Assembly: GCA_013115145.1 (NCBI GenBank)
Contig: JAAPAO010000139.1
Coordinates: 644-64,643, forward strand
Source: Perkinsus chesapeaki ATCC PRA-425
Taxonomy: Eukaryota; Protista; Perkinsozoa
Reading direction: 5' to 3'
Length of the DNA stretch: 64,000 nt
Of this stretch, positions 1-12,812 are shown piece by piece. The notes under the pieces are model-generated. The model was not told where the DNA came from, ran no database searches, and saw only the letters and a list, made by a program, of their open reading frames with translations. The position numbers were made by a program, and so were the translations under genes. How positions within the stretch are numbered: position 1 is the first letter of the stretch; every line of letters begins with the position of its first letter.

Positions 1-2
1 TT

Positions 3-617
3 GAACAAGACACTTTTCGTTTGACCTATATGGATATGCACTGGCACTCTGATGATTCACAAGGAAGCGAGCATCGCATTAACGGTCGACAGTTTGCTTA
101 TGAGCTTCACTTCGCTCATTACAACACTAAGTACTCCAATTTCACAGAAGCTCTGAAGCACTCCGATGGAGTGGTTGCCATTGGCGTCTTGTCTAGCGTT
201 GGACCGGAGCTTCCGGGTTTGACGAAGGTCCTCGACTCGATGGATGCCCAGAACCACGGCAGTCTGGAAGAGTTTGATGTTACTGCCATGGCACCTCCAG
301 ACCTAGCCACCAACTTCTACCTCTATAACGGCTCTGGTACAACTCCAGCATGCGAGGAAGTTATGGTTTGGATTGTGGCGAAGACACGGATGACAGTAAG
401 TGAAGAACAGCTTAATAGGCTCCGAGCCCTCAAATACAACGGTTCATCGATTGGTCCCAATCATCGAAATGCTCAACCATTGAATGGACGGAGGGTTCTC
501 AGTTCACAAGAGTCGAAAAGTTTCGCCATGTATTCTAGAGTCCCTCAGTATATTTTTATTATTATTATTGTCCTTGCGAGCGCCCTATCAGAGCTTGATA
601 GCAAGTACGTGCTCTGA
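3..617 (+). CDS. Alpha-carbonic anhydrase, 5'-truncated by the window edge, with a hydrophobic C-terminal tail
   Basis: Zn-ligand motifs HWH...SEH...ELHFAH, Y.GS.TTP.C and N.R..QPLNGR are present. The frame is open to base 3. The C-terminal YIFIIIIVLASAL is a possible TM or GPI signal. Confidence 0.92.
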   Translation, partial: EQDTFRLTYMDMHWHSDDSQGSEHRINGRQFAYELHFAHYNTKYSNFTEALKHSDGVVAIGVLSSVGPELPGLTKVLDSMDAQNHGSLEEFDVTAMAPPDLATNFYLYNGSGTTPACEEVMVWIVAKTRMTVSEEQLNRLRALKYNGSSIGPNHRNAQPLNGRRVLSSQESKSFAMYSRVPQYIFIIIIVLASALSELDSKYVL

Positions 618-1045
618 AAAGCGGTCCGTGCTTTGCTTATGCTCTATCTTCATTACGGATGAACGTCTTGCTTGCTGAGAAAAACCGGTGAGCGGAAAGC
701 TGTTCAGTATTCCACCTAAAAAGCGACATTTTCTGTCCTTACTTGATTACCTCTGTGAAGTAAGGTTGTGTTTTGTGAAGGTATTCAAACAATCAATAAC
801 ATAGTCCACCATGGACTGTCTGGCAGAAGTTCATTAAGGATAGTCTCATCGGTCCGAACCGGGACCGCAAGCAATACGTTATACTATAACACCTGTCGCT
901 ATCCGTTACACTAGTTACGCGGAAGTGATCATGTGACAGATCATGTCCTTGTTACGAAGCGTGTGTACATCTTCAACCGAAGTATAAATTTTGGAGCTTC
1001 GTGGTATAGAGTTGCAGCAGCTGCGAGTCATGCACAGTTTTCACA

Positions 1046-1980
1046 CTACATCAAGTGCTCGGAGTGAAACCCCGTAAAGTTTAATAATGTGGAAATAATC
1101 ATAAAGTGATAAACTAGCTTTGGTTTGGTTCCACAATGGACCGAAGTGGAAGTTCCACTGAAGTCGTCCAACTCGGAACTGGAGAATTTAAGCTCCCACT
1201 TTTGCAGTGCATATGGGGGGCGCCTGCCCGACATCCGAAAAACGGATCTAAGCTTTAAGCGTTCAATAGGACTGTGATAGTTACTAGACATCCCAGCCTG
1301 CAGTTGAGTTCAAACTCTAAGCTACTGTATAATCATGACAATATGCATGATCGTTCCCTCATGTTCGATATGAGTGGTCTAAATCGCTTGTACATCTCTT
1401 TGTACAGAAGCCGCCTGATAAGGCTAGTCGCCCTAGGCGACCGCACCGATATACTGACTATGACAGGCGCTGGCTGTAGGTAGTATGCAGCACGACTGTA
1501 GGCATAGTTCTGTGTTCGCGTGCAGAATTCGGCAGCACGTGGCGCTGGTAAAAGTGCGCGACCGCTCCTAGAAGGGAGCGAGAGACCTTAACCTGAGGAT
1601 CTAATATCCTGTCGAGTTTCGGATTCTGGGCCGAAACTATGTCCAGTGCGTGAACATTGTGCTTCATATATGAACATTACAGTTAGTTCCCGGTAAATTG
1701 GTTAACAGGTAGAGACTGTCGGTTCGATTCCCAGGAGAGGCCTTTCTTTGCATTATTTTTGCACTCGAGTTGGATATTGAATTGAAGACTGCGCTCATGC
1801 AGACATGAGAGACTGCCATACCTTGGCCAGGTCTAAGGTGTAGTACCCACATGTGCACCCTAGCATCTCTGTAGTTGGGATAACTCTGACAGACACAGTC
1901 CACTTCTGCAAAGAGTTAGACATGCTTCCACAAATGAGGCCTCTGGGATTTGACGAGTCGACAGGTGGTGAATGCATTAA
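1046..1980 (-). CDS. Possible multi-exon hypothetical protein
   Basis: Several consecutive minus-strand open frames separated by GT..AG-like gaps. No recognisable domain, and the model is unresolved. Confidence 0.2.
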
Positions 1981-2237
1981 ATTCACCGAACAATGCCGAT
2001 GACAATTGCCTCCGGATACACCAACTTTCGGATAGTCCCATGATCGAATGTATCGACGCTAGAGTAGGCATATGAGTTCTAGTCCGTCGCTAACCGATCG
2101 TTGCGTGGAAGCTAGTAAATGATCGATCCTTACTGGAACGTTAGTTCGGTTAGGAATTCCCGTTTTTAAGCGGGCTGTCGTGTGCTCTGTCTGTCGGTAA
2201 ACTATTTTGGCAGTTATTTTTGCCTAAAAGGAGAGGC

Positions 2238-3889
2238 ATGGGGTCTGCTAGAGTTAATGTAAATGGTGGCATCACAGCCCCACTCCTACCACCTCAACTT
2301 AACGAGAAAAAGCCCGTGGCTGATCCCGCATTTGATCCTGATAGCATTCTTGGAGGGTAAGCTGTCCCTCATGATTGTGTTCTATGTAACTGATAATCGT
2401 TGATAGGTACTCAGTATTAACTAAATCAATGATTGGCAGTGGTATGCTCGGTATGGCATATGCAGGCTGTCAGTGGGGTAGGCAACTATATATCGATTCG
2501 CCGCTTTTAGTTGTGTCTTGTAGGTTTTGTAATGGGTATATTAGCATGCTTTGTAACGGCTGGTATAACTTATTTTACGGTATATGTATTGGGCGTTATG
2601 GCCATGGAATACATGTCTGCCTCCACTGGTGAGTTATCGTTCTTTAATGTTGCCAAGTTCGTATCCCCTAAAACTAGCTGGTAATAATAACACACTTCTT
2701 GGCTGTTAATTTCTCTTATCAGGTTGATCGACCTTGGAGTTGCTGTTAAGGCATTTGGTGCATCGGTTGCGTATATTCAAATAGTGGGAAGTCTTATGGC
2801 AGAGGTTATATTGCAGGGCTTCTCGCTAAGTATTGATCGCCAGACCATAAAGTACATAGTACAGATCATATTGGTTGTACTTCTTGCACCCACGGTCTAT
2901 TGCAAATCTATCACAGCAACTAAGGCTGTTAATATGTTTGGTATTGCCAATCTTGCTTATCTTGCCTTATTAAGTGTCGTCTATGCACAACCTTCCTGGG
3001 ATAATGTAACTATATGGCCGCTGTCAGCCTCGGGGCTATTCTCCAGGCTTCCTGTATTCATATTCTGCTTTAGCTGTCAGCAGAATCTATACAAGGTATG
3101 TAATGAGCTACGTTATCCTACTCTGGGTAAACTTGAAAAGATGGGCATGTGGACTGTTCTATCTGGACTTATTATTTATACCACTGTCATGATATTCCCT
3201 TATATGACATTTGGTAAAGACGTTGACTCCAATTTCCTGCATAACCTTCCATTGGAATCCTATCCTGTTAAACTGGGTTATATAGCAGCTAGCTTAAGTC
3301 TTGGTATTAACATACCATTGGCTATGCACCCTTGCCGTAATTCAATAACTGTACTTTGGTTTAAGGGAGAAGTACCAACTGACCGCTTGAAAGAGCGGAC
3401 GTTCAGGTAATTAAAACACGGGAATAAGGGAAGCGCCATACGGCTTTCATATTCTCCCTAGTCGCTATTGTATTGGATATTTCGTGAGTCGCTATTGTAT
3501 TAAATGTGTGTCGTTAGTCGCTAAAGTTGTACTGTACGTCTCCTTAGTCGCTGTTCCCTGTAATAATTGTTATATAATTTATTAGGTTTGCATTAACTAC
3601 TGTGTTATTGGTTTCAATAACCATCCTTGGTATGGCTGTTGATTCATTGGGTATTATAATGGAGCTTGCTGGTCTACTTGGTGGTAATACTATGTGTTAT
3701 GTTATGCCAACATATCTCTATTGCGTTATGTACTCTGATCAAAGGGATTGGACATGGTACACTACTACCACTACAGCCGACATCCTACTTATCTATTTTA
3801 TCAGGTACCTAAGTGCTTTCCTCTTCTGCTTCTTTATGCTATTATATCCAGTATGTCTGGTATCTATTATCCAACAGCATTTCCTATAG
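2238..3889 (+). CDS. Amino acid transporter (AAAP/Aa_trans, SLC38/AVT-like), multi-exon
   Basis: Motifs ..MIGSGML.., FCFSCQQN, YMTFGKDVDSNFLHNL, PLAMHPCRNS and GLLGG...CYVMP, with many TM helices. ATG at 2238. Confidence 0.88.
3459..3552. repeat. Intronic degenerate minisatellite: 4 AGTCGCT-core units with a 27-30 nt period
   Basis: AGTCGCT starts at 3460, 3487, 3516 and 3546. The first two units share AGTCGCTATTGTATT. It lies in the roughly 180-nt intron at about 3407-3585. Confidence 0.7.
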
Positions 3890-5434
3890 GATTCCCTGGA
3901 AGGTTGTTCATGGTCTACTGCTTCTGTGATGTACTGTATTTGGTAGAAATCGTTTGCTTTAGCCGGACAGACTCGGCATTCGTTTGTTACTTGTATTAGT
4001 GATAATTATTTTATTATCAGTCATCGACGGTTGCTCTTTAATCTGTAACCAACAAGAACCGTGTATATTGCCGTTAACCATTGCTATTGCGATTATTGTC
4101 GTTGGTGCCAGAACAGTTTAACAGTCTCTATTCTTGTGTTCGTCCATAGTACTCAATCTATCCAACAATTCCCCCCTGTTGGTGCATCTTACAAGGCACT
4201 CCGCAACTGGAGCCCCCCTCATGGGGGGGTGAACGCCCCTAGTCAAAAAACGAAAAAAGGTATGATATTTCGGTAACATCGTATCTTGGAAACAATGTTA
4301 AGTTTTGGCATATTAACGAACTGAACACATATGGTTTGGAAGTAAGTATACGTCACCGTGTGGTACCACACTTACAGTCACTCCATTCACATGCTTTATT
4401 AGCCATATACCTAGTACCAATACAACAACTATTACATAACACAATAACCTTACAATCTGCCACCTATATAGCTGTTCATAGCGTAGGTAGTACAGAAGCA
4501 TCCAACGCATACTTGTCCAGGTCGACATACAGTCTTACTGTCCGGGCATTGGACCTCCTTAGTCTGACGGTTTGCTATTCACCAACTGTTGTGGTATATA
4601 ACTAACCTCTCCTATGGCTATTTGTGCAAGGCGTCGTCGGTGAGAATCGGCATACTGCAGTCTATCGTACCACATAAAGGGGTCGTATCTGGTAGTAAAG
4701 TGACAAGCGAGATCTCGAAACTGCCAACCTTTTGCCGGTTTGTCTATTGGTCTCTGCACGGTGAGGGTCATTAAGGTCCCCCCATCTTCCCGATCTCTCA
4801 AAGGCATTTCTCTCTCTTATAGCCTCATTGTCGGCCTGCTAACAGTTCCCTCTAGAATCCTTATTTGAATGGTCACACCTCAGCTTGCCAATCTCTAGAC
4901 ACATGAAAGGTTGAAAGCTCCTCTGTGGTGGATAACTGTCTTACGCACATGGCTACGGTGAATACAGCTAGTCGGTGGCATATCGGCATATGGCAATATA
5001 GAGAGGGATTTACCCTACACTGATACACAACTAGCATAGGTCTGGAGGAGACGATAGGGAGGTGTAACATGGACCATTAACTACTTCAACATATTATTTG
5101 ATTATTGCTGTAGGTCGCTGTTGAGCTGTCGCCCTTCCTCATCCTTGTAGCACTATGACTTCTATTACGTATTAAGGATTATGCTGATAGCACTTATCAA
5201 TATATTGAGGCATTCAGCTTGCCTCCGCTTGTGATACCTCGGAGCAGGACGATACCCATGGTGTTGGGTGTAGTAGATTGACGAACACAACAATGACGAT
5301 GATGAGCGCCTCCCCTGACAGTGGTGTAATAGACCGCGTGAGTCTGTTATTAATTGCATGTGTAGTTTACTATAATGGACAGAAAACGTGTTCACTGAAC
5401 AATGTTAAGGAAGGCAAAGTCATCGTTCACCATT

Positions 5435-5866
5435 TCATGATGAGGATTGACCAGTCCGGGTCTTCTTGGGACTTCCTTGGACTGTGGGCTTGCATTCAAG
5501 TAGCACCGATTTGTACGTTATATCGACACTTGGTGGATCAACCTATGAAGGCACAGCAGCAATGGAACAGCAACAAGAGTCACTGTCTTACAACTTGCCA
5601 GTCTGCAGTGCTAACCTGAGGGTCATACTGCCCGGTTTGGTGTACCACCCATTCTTTAATAAGCGGATCCTCGGTATCTTTCTGAGGTCGCTTGGAGACA
5701 CCTCCGTACTTGGATACCCAGAATCTAAGGTCGATGCTAGGACTTCACCCTAGAGAGCTGATTACCGATTGTGACCATGTGATACCCAAGGTCGAGATGA
5801 TATTGTTATAGGAGGGGCAGTGGACTGCGTGGTAGTAGTTACAGACTGGTTATCAGTTGGTGCCAT
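5435..5866 (-). CDS. Small hypothetical protein, about 3 exons
   Basis: Pieces MAPTDNQSVTTT.. / FWVSKYGGVSKRPQKDTEDPLIKEWVVHQTGQYDPQ / VDPPSVDITYK..GQSSS* are separated by GT-AG gaps. No known domain. Confidence 0.3.
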
Positions 5867-6310
5867 GTATGGCGTCAATTCCAAAAAAACTAGAAGACCG
5901 ATTTACTGTTTGCCCATAACGCTGCCGAGGCTGGGTCAGACAGTCTAATCTGTATTGGAAGTGCCCTATGTCATTGCTACCATGCATTCGAACTTCATAA
6001 CCAGCGCCGGCCTTCGACGCATGAAAAACACAGTAAGTTTGGTAGAATCTTGCAACTCTTGCAACTCCTCAACGAAGTTTAATTGTTAGCGGAGCGACGC
6101 AGCCATATGAGCATTTTTAAAGTTAAGTAGCGCATTAGTGGGTATGGCCGACTCTGATAAAGGTAGACCAGTTAGGAGGGCTGCTGCTGCCTCTAAGAAG
6201 ATGAATAATAATGTAGATGATCTAGAGTATCCACACAAGGCATCCCAACCACCAGTCTCTGGTGAAAGTAATGCGTTGACGCTGGGTAAGGTGAACTACT
6301 GGTAGGTACC

Positions 6311-8405
6311 ATGTCATCCAGTAGTGAGGAGGAGAATGGGCCACAAAGCGAGGGCCTTAAAAAGGACTTTGGCAGCATTGTATGGTTATTAGTGCTGTAC
6401 GTATTAATATGATGACAAGCAGCCTATACTAGCCTTATATGATAGATACACACTACAGGGCATTCCCATGGGCATGTCCGGAGTTTTCCCGCTACTATTA
6501 AAGGAACAAGGGGCTACGTAAGAAGAAGCCATACATGTGGTATAGGACTGGATCAACGTTTCAGCTACTCTGAGCTGGCTCTGTTTTCTATGTGTTCGTG
6601 GCCATTCTCATTGAAGATTTTCTGGGCACCTATAGTCGATACGGTATACGTTAGGGCATGGGGACGTCGGAAGACATGGCTGGTAGAACTGCAAGCCGGG
6701 GTACTGGTGCTCGTCGCAGGCCCCATTCAGGTGCCATGTCAACTGCTGATCGCTGGGGTACTGTACTACCTTTCGAGGCACTATGCTGCTTGGCTTCACG
6801 ATAATGACGTCACACCACTATTTATGTGTTTTCTAATACTGTAATCTCCATTAGAACACTCCTCGAGAAGGATTGCAGTACTGTAGGTATTTTTTGGCGG
6901 CAACTCAGGACATAGCCGTTGACGGTTGGGCAATTACAATGCTTTCCAAGCAGAATGTCGGTTATGCCGGTAGGGTCGGCTCCCCATTACACCTTGTAGA
7001 GTGCTATCCTAACAGGCACTACCAACTCGGTGGGGCAGACAGCGGGTTACTTCCTGTCGTTCTCTGGCTTCCTTGCCCTTGAAAAGCTGGGTATTGTCAA
7101 CCTGGAGACATTCATGGCATGGATGGCTCTAATTTTCCTACTTTGTAACTTACCTTAGCCACATCACTTAGAGCTTTACCAGGCACGATCCTTGTGGCGA
7201 TCTTCAAGAAGGAGGATGATATTCCTCCCGAAGATGAGCCAGAGTCCCTATCGTATGTTTACGCTACTATATGGCGTAGGACAGCTCCTGTACATGCCAA
7301 GCAACAACGGTTTCAGATATGTGCCAAATGCCCTGCATTCAAGATGTTGTATCCCTCCTCATGGTAATGACATTGCCCTTCGGCGCAGCTGACTCAGCTG
7401 GTCTTAAACTCCAGGAAAGAGGTGTCCCTAAAGACGTAAGGCATTCTATCCTCCTTTATGCCAGTATCCATTCTAAGGTCATAGCGCTTTTTGCCACACT
7501 GAGCACACCAGCCTACATCCTGTTGCCATGGATCCTCAGTAAATACGCTACATCAGCCCGGCCATTGGCTATGATGAGAGCTGTGTACCTGCCTAAGGTT
7601 ATGTTAGGTAGTATAGTGGGAGGCAAAGGGGAGGGAGGTATGAAGGAGGAGCGTTAGGTGCCGTGTCGATGCTATTGGTGTTCATATGTCCTACCGGGGC
7701 ATTGACTAGGTAGGTTAATGGTGATTCTAGTGGAAGTTACGGTATGACTTCAGGAGTAAAACCCATCATGCTCAACCTGGTGATGATGAGGTATCTATGC
7801 TATACTATTGCCTATGTTTTGGCCTACTTATAGTACATGCCGCTCTATCACAGGTAATACCGCACGTTACTTTATCGTACCATAATTCCTTCAGTGCATT
7901 TTTCTGGGTAAGATGTCATTCTTCTCCCAAGTATCGGATACATCCATCGGCGGTACCTATATGGTAATACCGCTCCTTTCATCTTCTCCTTTCCAACTGC
8001 CGCCGTTCCTCAGACATTTTTAAACACTGTCTCCAATATCGGGGGCAATCTAGGCCAGCAGCTTGGCCTCAGAGGTACGTCTCGATCCTCACTTCGTGGG
8101 TTTCCTATTCCAATTTGTAAGCCCTCGACTATCTGGCAATAAGAAGCCCAACAAGTGGTGAAGTTGTAGTGGACTCCTTTTATGTTACCTGTACCCTCGG
8201 TATCATATTTGGCGTTGTATGGTTCAAGTAAGTTATCTTCTCCCTGGTGATGTCTATAATGATGCGTGCGCGAAGGTACTATGGTCGCTCTCTCATAAAG
8301 CGTATCGAAGGATACAGTGCGACAGACTGGTTGGTACACGGTAGCAGCAGCAGCAACCCCGATCAGAAAATGACGGGTAATACGTCAGAGGGCAAGTTGG
8401 AGTAA
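6311..8405 (+). CDS. SLC33A1: Acetyl-CoA transporter AT-1 (SLC33A1/Acatn family, MFS), multi-exon
   Basis: Family signatures LQGIPMG, FSLKIFWAPIVD...GRRKTWLV, AATQDIAVDGWAITML...NVGYA and TFLNTVSNIGG. Confidence 0.9.
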
Positions 8406-8499
8406 AATCACCTATGACCTTTCTTACATTTCATACCAAGCAGTATGTCGCGTTGAAGTGCTTGTTCAATATACACAGATTACCTATCATATCTCCATC

Positions 8500-8834
8500 A
8501 TGGGTTCCAGCTCCTCTACACCAGCAACTACTCCTATCGCAGAGACACCAGTTGTCGAGAGCAAGCCATGTAGCTCTAAAGTGTCGCCGACTACAGGGAA
8601 GAGGATATGTTGTGTTTGCAAGGTGGTGAGAGGCGTTAGTGGATACCATGGGTGATGGTATGTGTAGGAGACCAAAGCAGCCCGAGATGAATGCATTGTA
8701 ATGAACGGTGAAGATAAATGCCGGCAGTTTATATTGGCACATAACCAGTGTCTAAGGTAGTAGTAGTGATGCATTGGGGACTGTTTGGAGGGTTACCTAT
8801 CAGAGCTGAAGGATTCGAAGTAGAAGACAAGTAG
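8500..8834 (+). CDS. COX17: Cytochrome c oxidase copper chaperone
   Basis: Three exons splice to ..KRICCVCKETKAARDECIVMNGEDKCRQFILAHNQCLRAEGFEVEDK*, which has the CCxC plus twin Cx9C pattern. Confidence 0.95.
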
Positions 8835-8979
8835 CCTACTTGAAGTAGGGTTGGTGATGATGATGCCGTTGTTGTAGTACATGTTTCCAAGACTTTTTAC
8901 AATATATCAATCTGTTGTGTATGTAGACAGATTGCACAACCCTTCAAGTGTTTTTTGGGTGGCTCCTCCCTTGAAAGAA

Positions 8980-11900
8980 ATGGTATCCACGAATGAGGTG
9001 CACGGAGATGATAACAAGGCAGCACAACCGTCATCATCAGCATCAACCAACGAGGGTCACTCTATCGGCAGCACACCGGGTGCATTGAGCTCTCGTAGCG
9101 AGCTACTCAACTTGGTGTCGCAGATAAAGTCAAGGGTTCAGGACAAGCTCAGTAATAGGCGGTATGATACGATGTTCCGTTGATCGCCTTTCCACCTCAG
9201 CTGGTGTGGATTTCCCTATACCGCAGTTCATTCTTATCGGTCGGCAGTCTGTTGGTAAGAGTCGGCTTGTCGAGGCTCTGGCTGGTGAACAGGTAAGTCC
9301 CGTCTAAGTAATGTTTGCATATTGCATTCAGTTCAATTTCGTATCGGGTACATTGGGATCAAGGCGGCCAACAGTGCTGGAGTTCCGTAACGACCCGAGC
9401 CTAAAGGTGTCCCGCTGGCAAATATTGAATACATCGACACAAGTCTGGGAGGAGAAGACCATGCCACAAGTAAGCCACGCTACTGCTGGGCAACTTATCT
9501 GCGGTGACTATCAAGCAGGTTTTGAAAATTGTATCTGATGCCCATGAGTCTTTGGGAGCCTCTGTGTCTCGAGACCCCATATATGTTAGAGTCGAAGGAA
9601 GGAACTGTGTAGATATGCAAATAACAGATCTACCTGGATTCCGGTAGGGTTAGAAGGCCATCTGTGAGCAGCATCAAGATTGCTCAGAGAATTCGCCCTT
9701 GATAAAGAGAAGCAGTCCTTGGCCGATCAGATAGATGATTTGGTCAGCTCCTTCATGCATGATCCTCGTAATGTAATGTTGTGCGTTGAAGAGGTAGTAG
9801 CCGGTTTGAGGAGTTGGGTGGCGTTTAGTGTGGTTTGTCTAGGCTGGTGATGCTGCTAATCTTTCTACCTTGGCTAGATGCAAGAGGGTTGATCCCTACT
9901 ACAATAGAACAATACTTATCAGGAATAAGCTTGATAAGTAATCACCACCACACTGCTATATCGATTACTGTTGCTAATAGGTATTATAGAGATCTTACAG
10001 CACAGAACGTTAACGAATGGCTGGGAGGGTAGTAGGCATTGACGCCGCTCTCTTGGTGGCGTGGAGAGAGGCTTTTGTTAGGTACGGTGATCTCCCTGAT
10101 AACCTAATAAAGTTCTGTCTCACTTTGCCATTTTGGGATGAAAAGCACGGCGGGCCACCTAAGCCCTTCATCCAGCTCAGGTGATGGGCTCTGCCATTTT
10201 TACTTAAAGCGCTACGGTGGTTTTTCTGTGGTTTAGGAAGGAGATGAACGATAGAGATATCGCTGAAATGAAATCAAAGGGAGCATCCCAGCAGTTTATG
10301 CAATACGTCGGTTTTGACAACTTTGCCCGCTTTATGGAGAAGAAGATAGAATCCTTATTCACGTACGTAACGGGGACATGGGCAACAGCAGTAGCAGCAG
10401 CAGCAGCTCGGTCTGTTTAGTGACTCTATTGGACCATGTCTGCGTAAACTGCAGGATCTGGATAAGGAATGGACAGATACAAGGGATTCTAACAAACAGA
10501 TGTTACAGGATACCGATCCTAATACGGTGGTCAACTCCAGTAAGAATAACAACAGCAACACAGTCCTGTGAAGTATTTGCAATTGTCAGTTCGTGCAGCT
10601 GGACGGTCCTTTGCTGAGGCTTTGAATCATGTTATGGAAGGAACAATACGATCAGAGGTAGATCGGCGGTAATGTACTCAGCTGGTCTCCAAGCGTGGAG
10701 GAGGCGCCCCGCTATTCCATCCGTAACTTGCTATTGCTTCCTATGTAGGTCAATCGACTAACTCTTGCTGATGAACTGTATGAGTTTCAGCAATGGGTGC
10801 AATTGCAGGACTTTAGCCAGGACTTCCCTCTCCTACCAACAGATGTACGCATCATCTCCATCACACCTCATACCATCTTCCCTTAGGATTTCTCCAGTCT
10901 TGACCAGTACATAGAGTACCTCGAAACCGATTGCAAGGTGATGATGATCTGCTGCATTCCTACTCTCAGGACTGTCGTCATGACTATCCACAGGTCCCCT
11001 CCTACGACCAGCCTTTGAACGGCGGTGCCCAGTTCAAGCGGCTCAAGTTTGAATGCGAAGTTTTCTTCCGTTTTTCGGACATATGTATTGATGTAGGCTC
11101 TTTGGTGATAATATTATTGTTATTATCTCATATAGGTATCCAAACGTGATGTCATCCAAGCTAGAGGTGTCAGCGTCAGTCAAGTACGTGGGGGTGCAGC
11201 CAATAGTAACAGCCAGTAGAGTTATCGTAGGTTTCATGGCAAGATGTTATATTGAAGCTTTTGGCTAAGGAAGGACAAGAAAATGTTCGAGCTAAGATTG
11301 CTTATGTTGGTAGACGGATTGAATGGTTTTTCTTAAAGCAAAAAGAGGTAAGGCGAAACTGTGGCGTGAGCCAGTATACTCGGGTTAGGTTGTGATTGAA
11401 TTTATGGACAATTTGAAGGGCTCATGTGATGAGCATCTTTACTCTCAACTATTCTCGAAGAGAGTTCGGCTCATCAAGGACAACGAGACCTGCCGTGAGC
11501 TCATATACCAGTAGGAAGATAAACATTGAAGGCTGGTATCTACATTATATAGGAAATATGATGAGAAGCTCGAACATCAGTACAAGCTATTCTCACAGCT
11601 ATTCTCGAATACATTGCAATCGACCTTCGCAAATCCTTGGGCACTTGTAAAGGTAAGATTTCGCCATTCCGAAATCGTCGGAGCGATTCTTGTTAGGCGT
11701 CATCGTGGCAGCTGGATCTCACTGATGACGGTTTTGAGGATATGTGTTTACCTTCGTTTGATGACACTAAGGCGAGAATTCCAATTGAGATCGAGTGGAG
11801 GTCTAGAATGGAGCGAAAACTAAGGAAGAGATTAAATGCGATACCAACTGATCCAGTGAGGCTCGGAATCGATGTGGATTCGGAAGTGCTCATTTTTTAT

Positions 11901-12470
11901 TTTCTAGCTGATGATCGATGAAGCAGTTGAGAAGATTCAAACCTTGATGATGATAACTTTCATCAACATCAGGAATTGCCTTTGCGATCAGTTGGAGCTA
12001 TTCGCCGATAGCTTCTTCCAGTTGCCAATGGCAAGGCATCTCCAAGGAGAGATGAGTACCATACAACTTCGACCCGAGGTAACAGCTACCGCTCCGGTTC
12101 AGGGATGCATTGATGTGTACTCAGGATCGTGCTCCCTTCATGGCCCGAAGAAAGGATGTGCAACATGATCTCGATAGATCTGAGGCCATGTTGGAAGATA
12201 TCGAATGGTGTATCGATCAGGTAGGAACGAGTGATTTATTTTCTCTGGTAATACGGCATACTTCAGATTCACACCTTTGCCTCGACAACCAAGGCACGGC
12301 AAGGGCCAATGGACTGGAAGAAGAACTACTAAATACCAGAGTAAGAGTGGTACATCATATAATGGTTTGATTGCATTTTGGTTTAGGTGCTAACAACAAC
12401 TTGGGGAGCCGCTGTGTTATTGATTATCCCCATGTGTTTAGGCGTTCCGATAACTACTGCTATTATCACA
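8980..12470 (+). CDS. Dynamin-related GTPase, DRP5/apicomplexan DrpC-like, many exons; 3' end approximate
   Basis: G1 GRQSVGKS (9236-9260), G2 region GTLGSRRPTVLEFR, G3 ITDLPGF and G4 RNKLD. A helical middle region follows. Confidence 0.85.
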
Positions 12471-12812
12471 TAAATGTGATGATGTTCCTCGACCTTTAAC
12501 AGTTGTTCATTTAACATATTTGCAAAGTTTCCTATTTTCAACTTGTATTGAGTTTTCATACTTCAAGTTCGTCGCACAACATACACCCCATTACCTAATC
12601 CGAATTCATTAACAAACTCAATTCGACAATAACCTTGAATGATACTCCTTGCAAAAACTAAAAGGCTCTCATATGTCTACTAGCGGCTGCTCCTTGGCAA
12701 CTGCACGAAACTGCTCGGCTAGATTACATAGATTTCGCCGAGCAAATGAATATGCCTTATACGACCTTCTGGGCCGTCCGGAGCCATCCGCGCTCAAACC
12801 TAATAAGACGTA

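Noticed and set aside
1717-1735. GGTTCGATTCC T-loop-like motif suggesting a tRNA
   Set aside because: The T-stem does not pair, and no D arm or acceptor stem can be built. The similar motif near 33145 lies in RFC3 coding sequence.
3459-3552. Repeat-spacer look-alike of a CRISPR array
   Set aside because: The conserved core is only 7-16 nt, it lies inside a spliceosomal intron in eukaryotic context, and there are no cas genes.
4260-5320. Probable gene between the transporter and the 5.4-kb gene
   Set aside because: I could not build a consistent spliced frame on either strand, so it is left unannotated.
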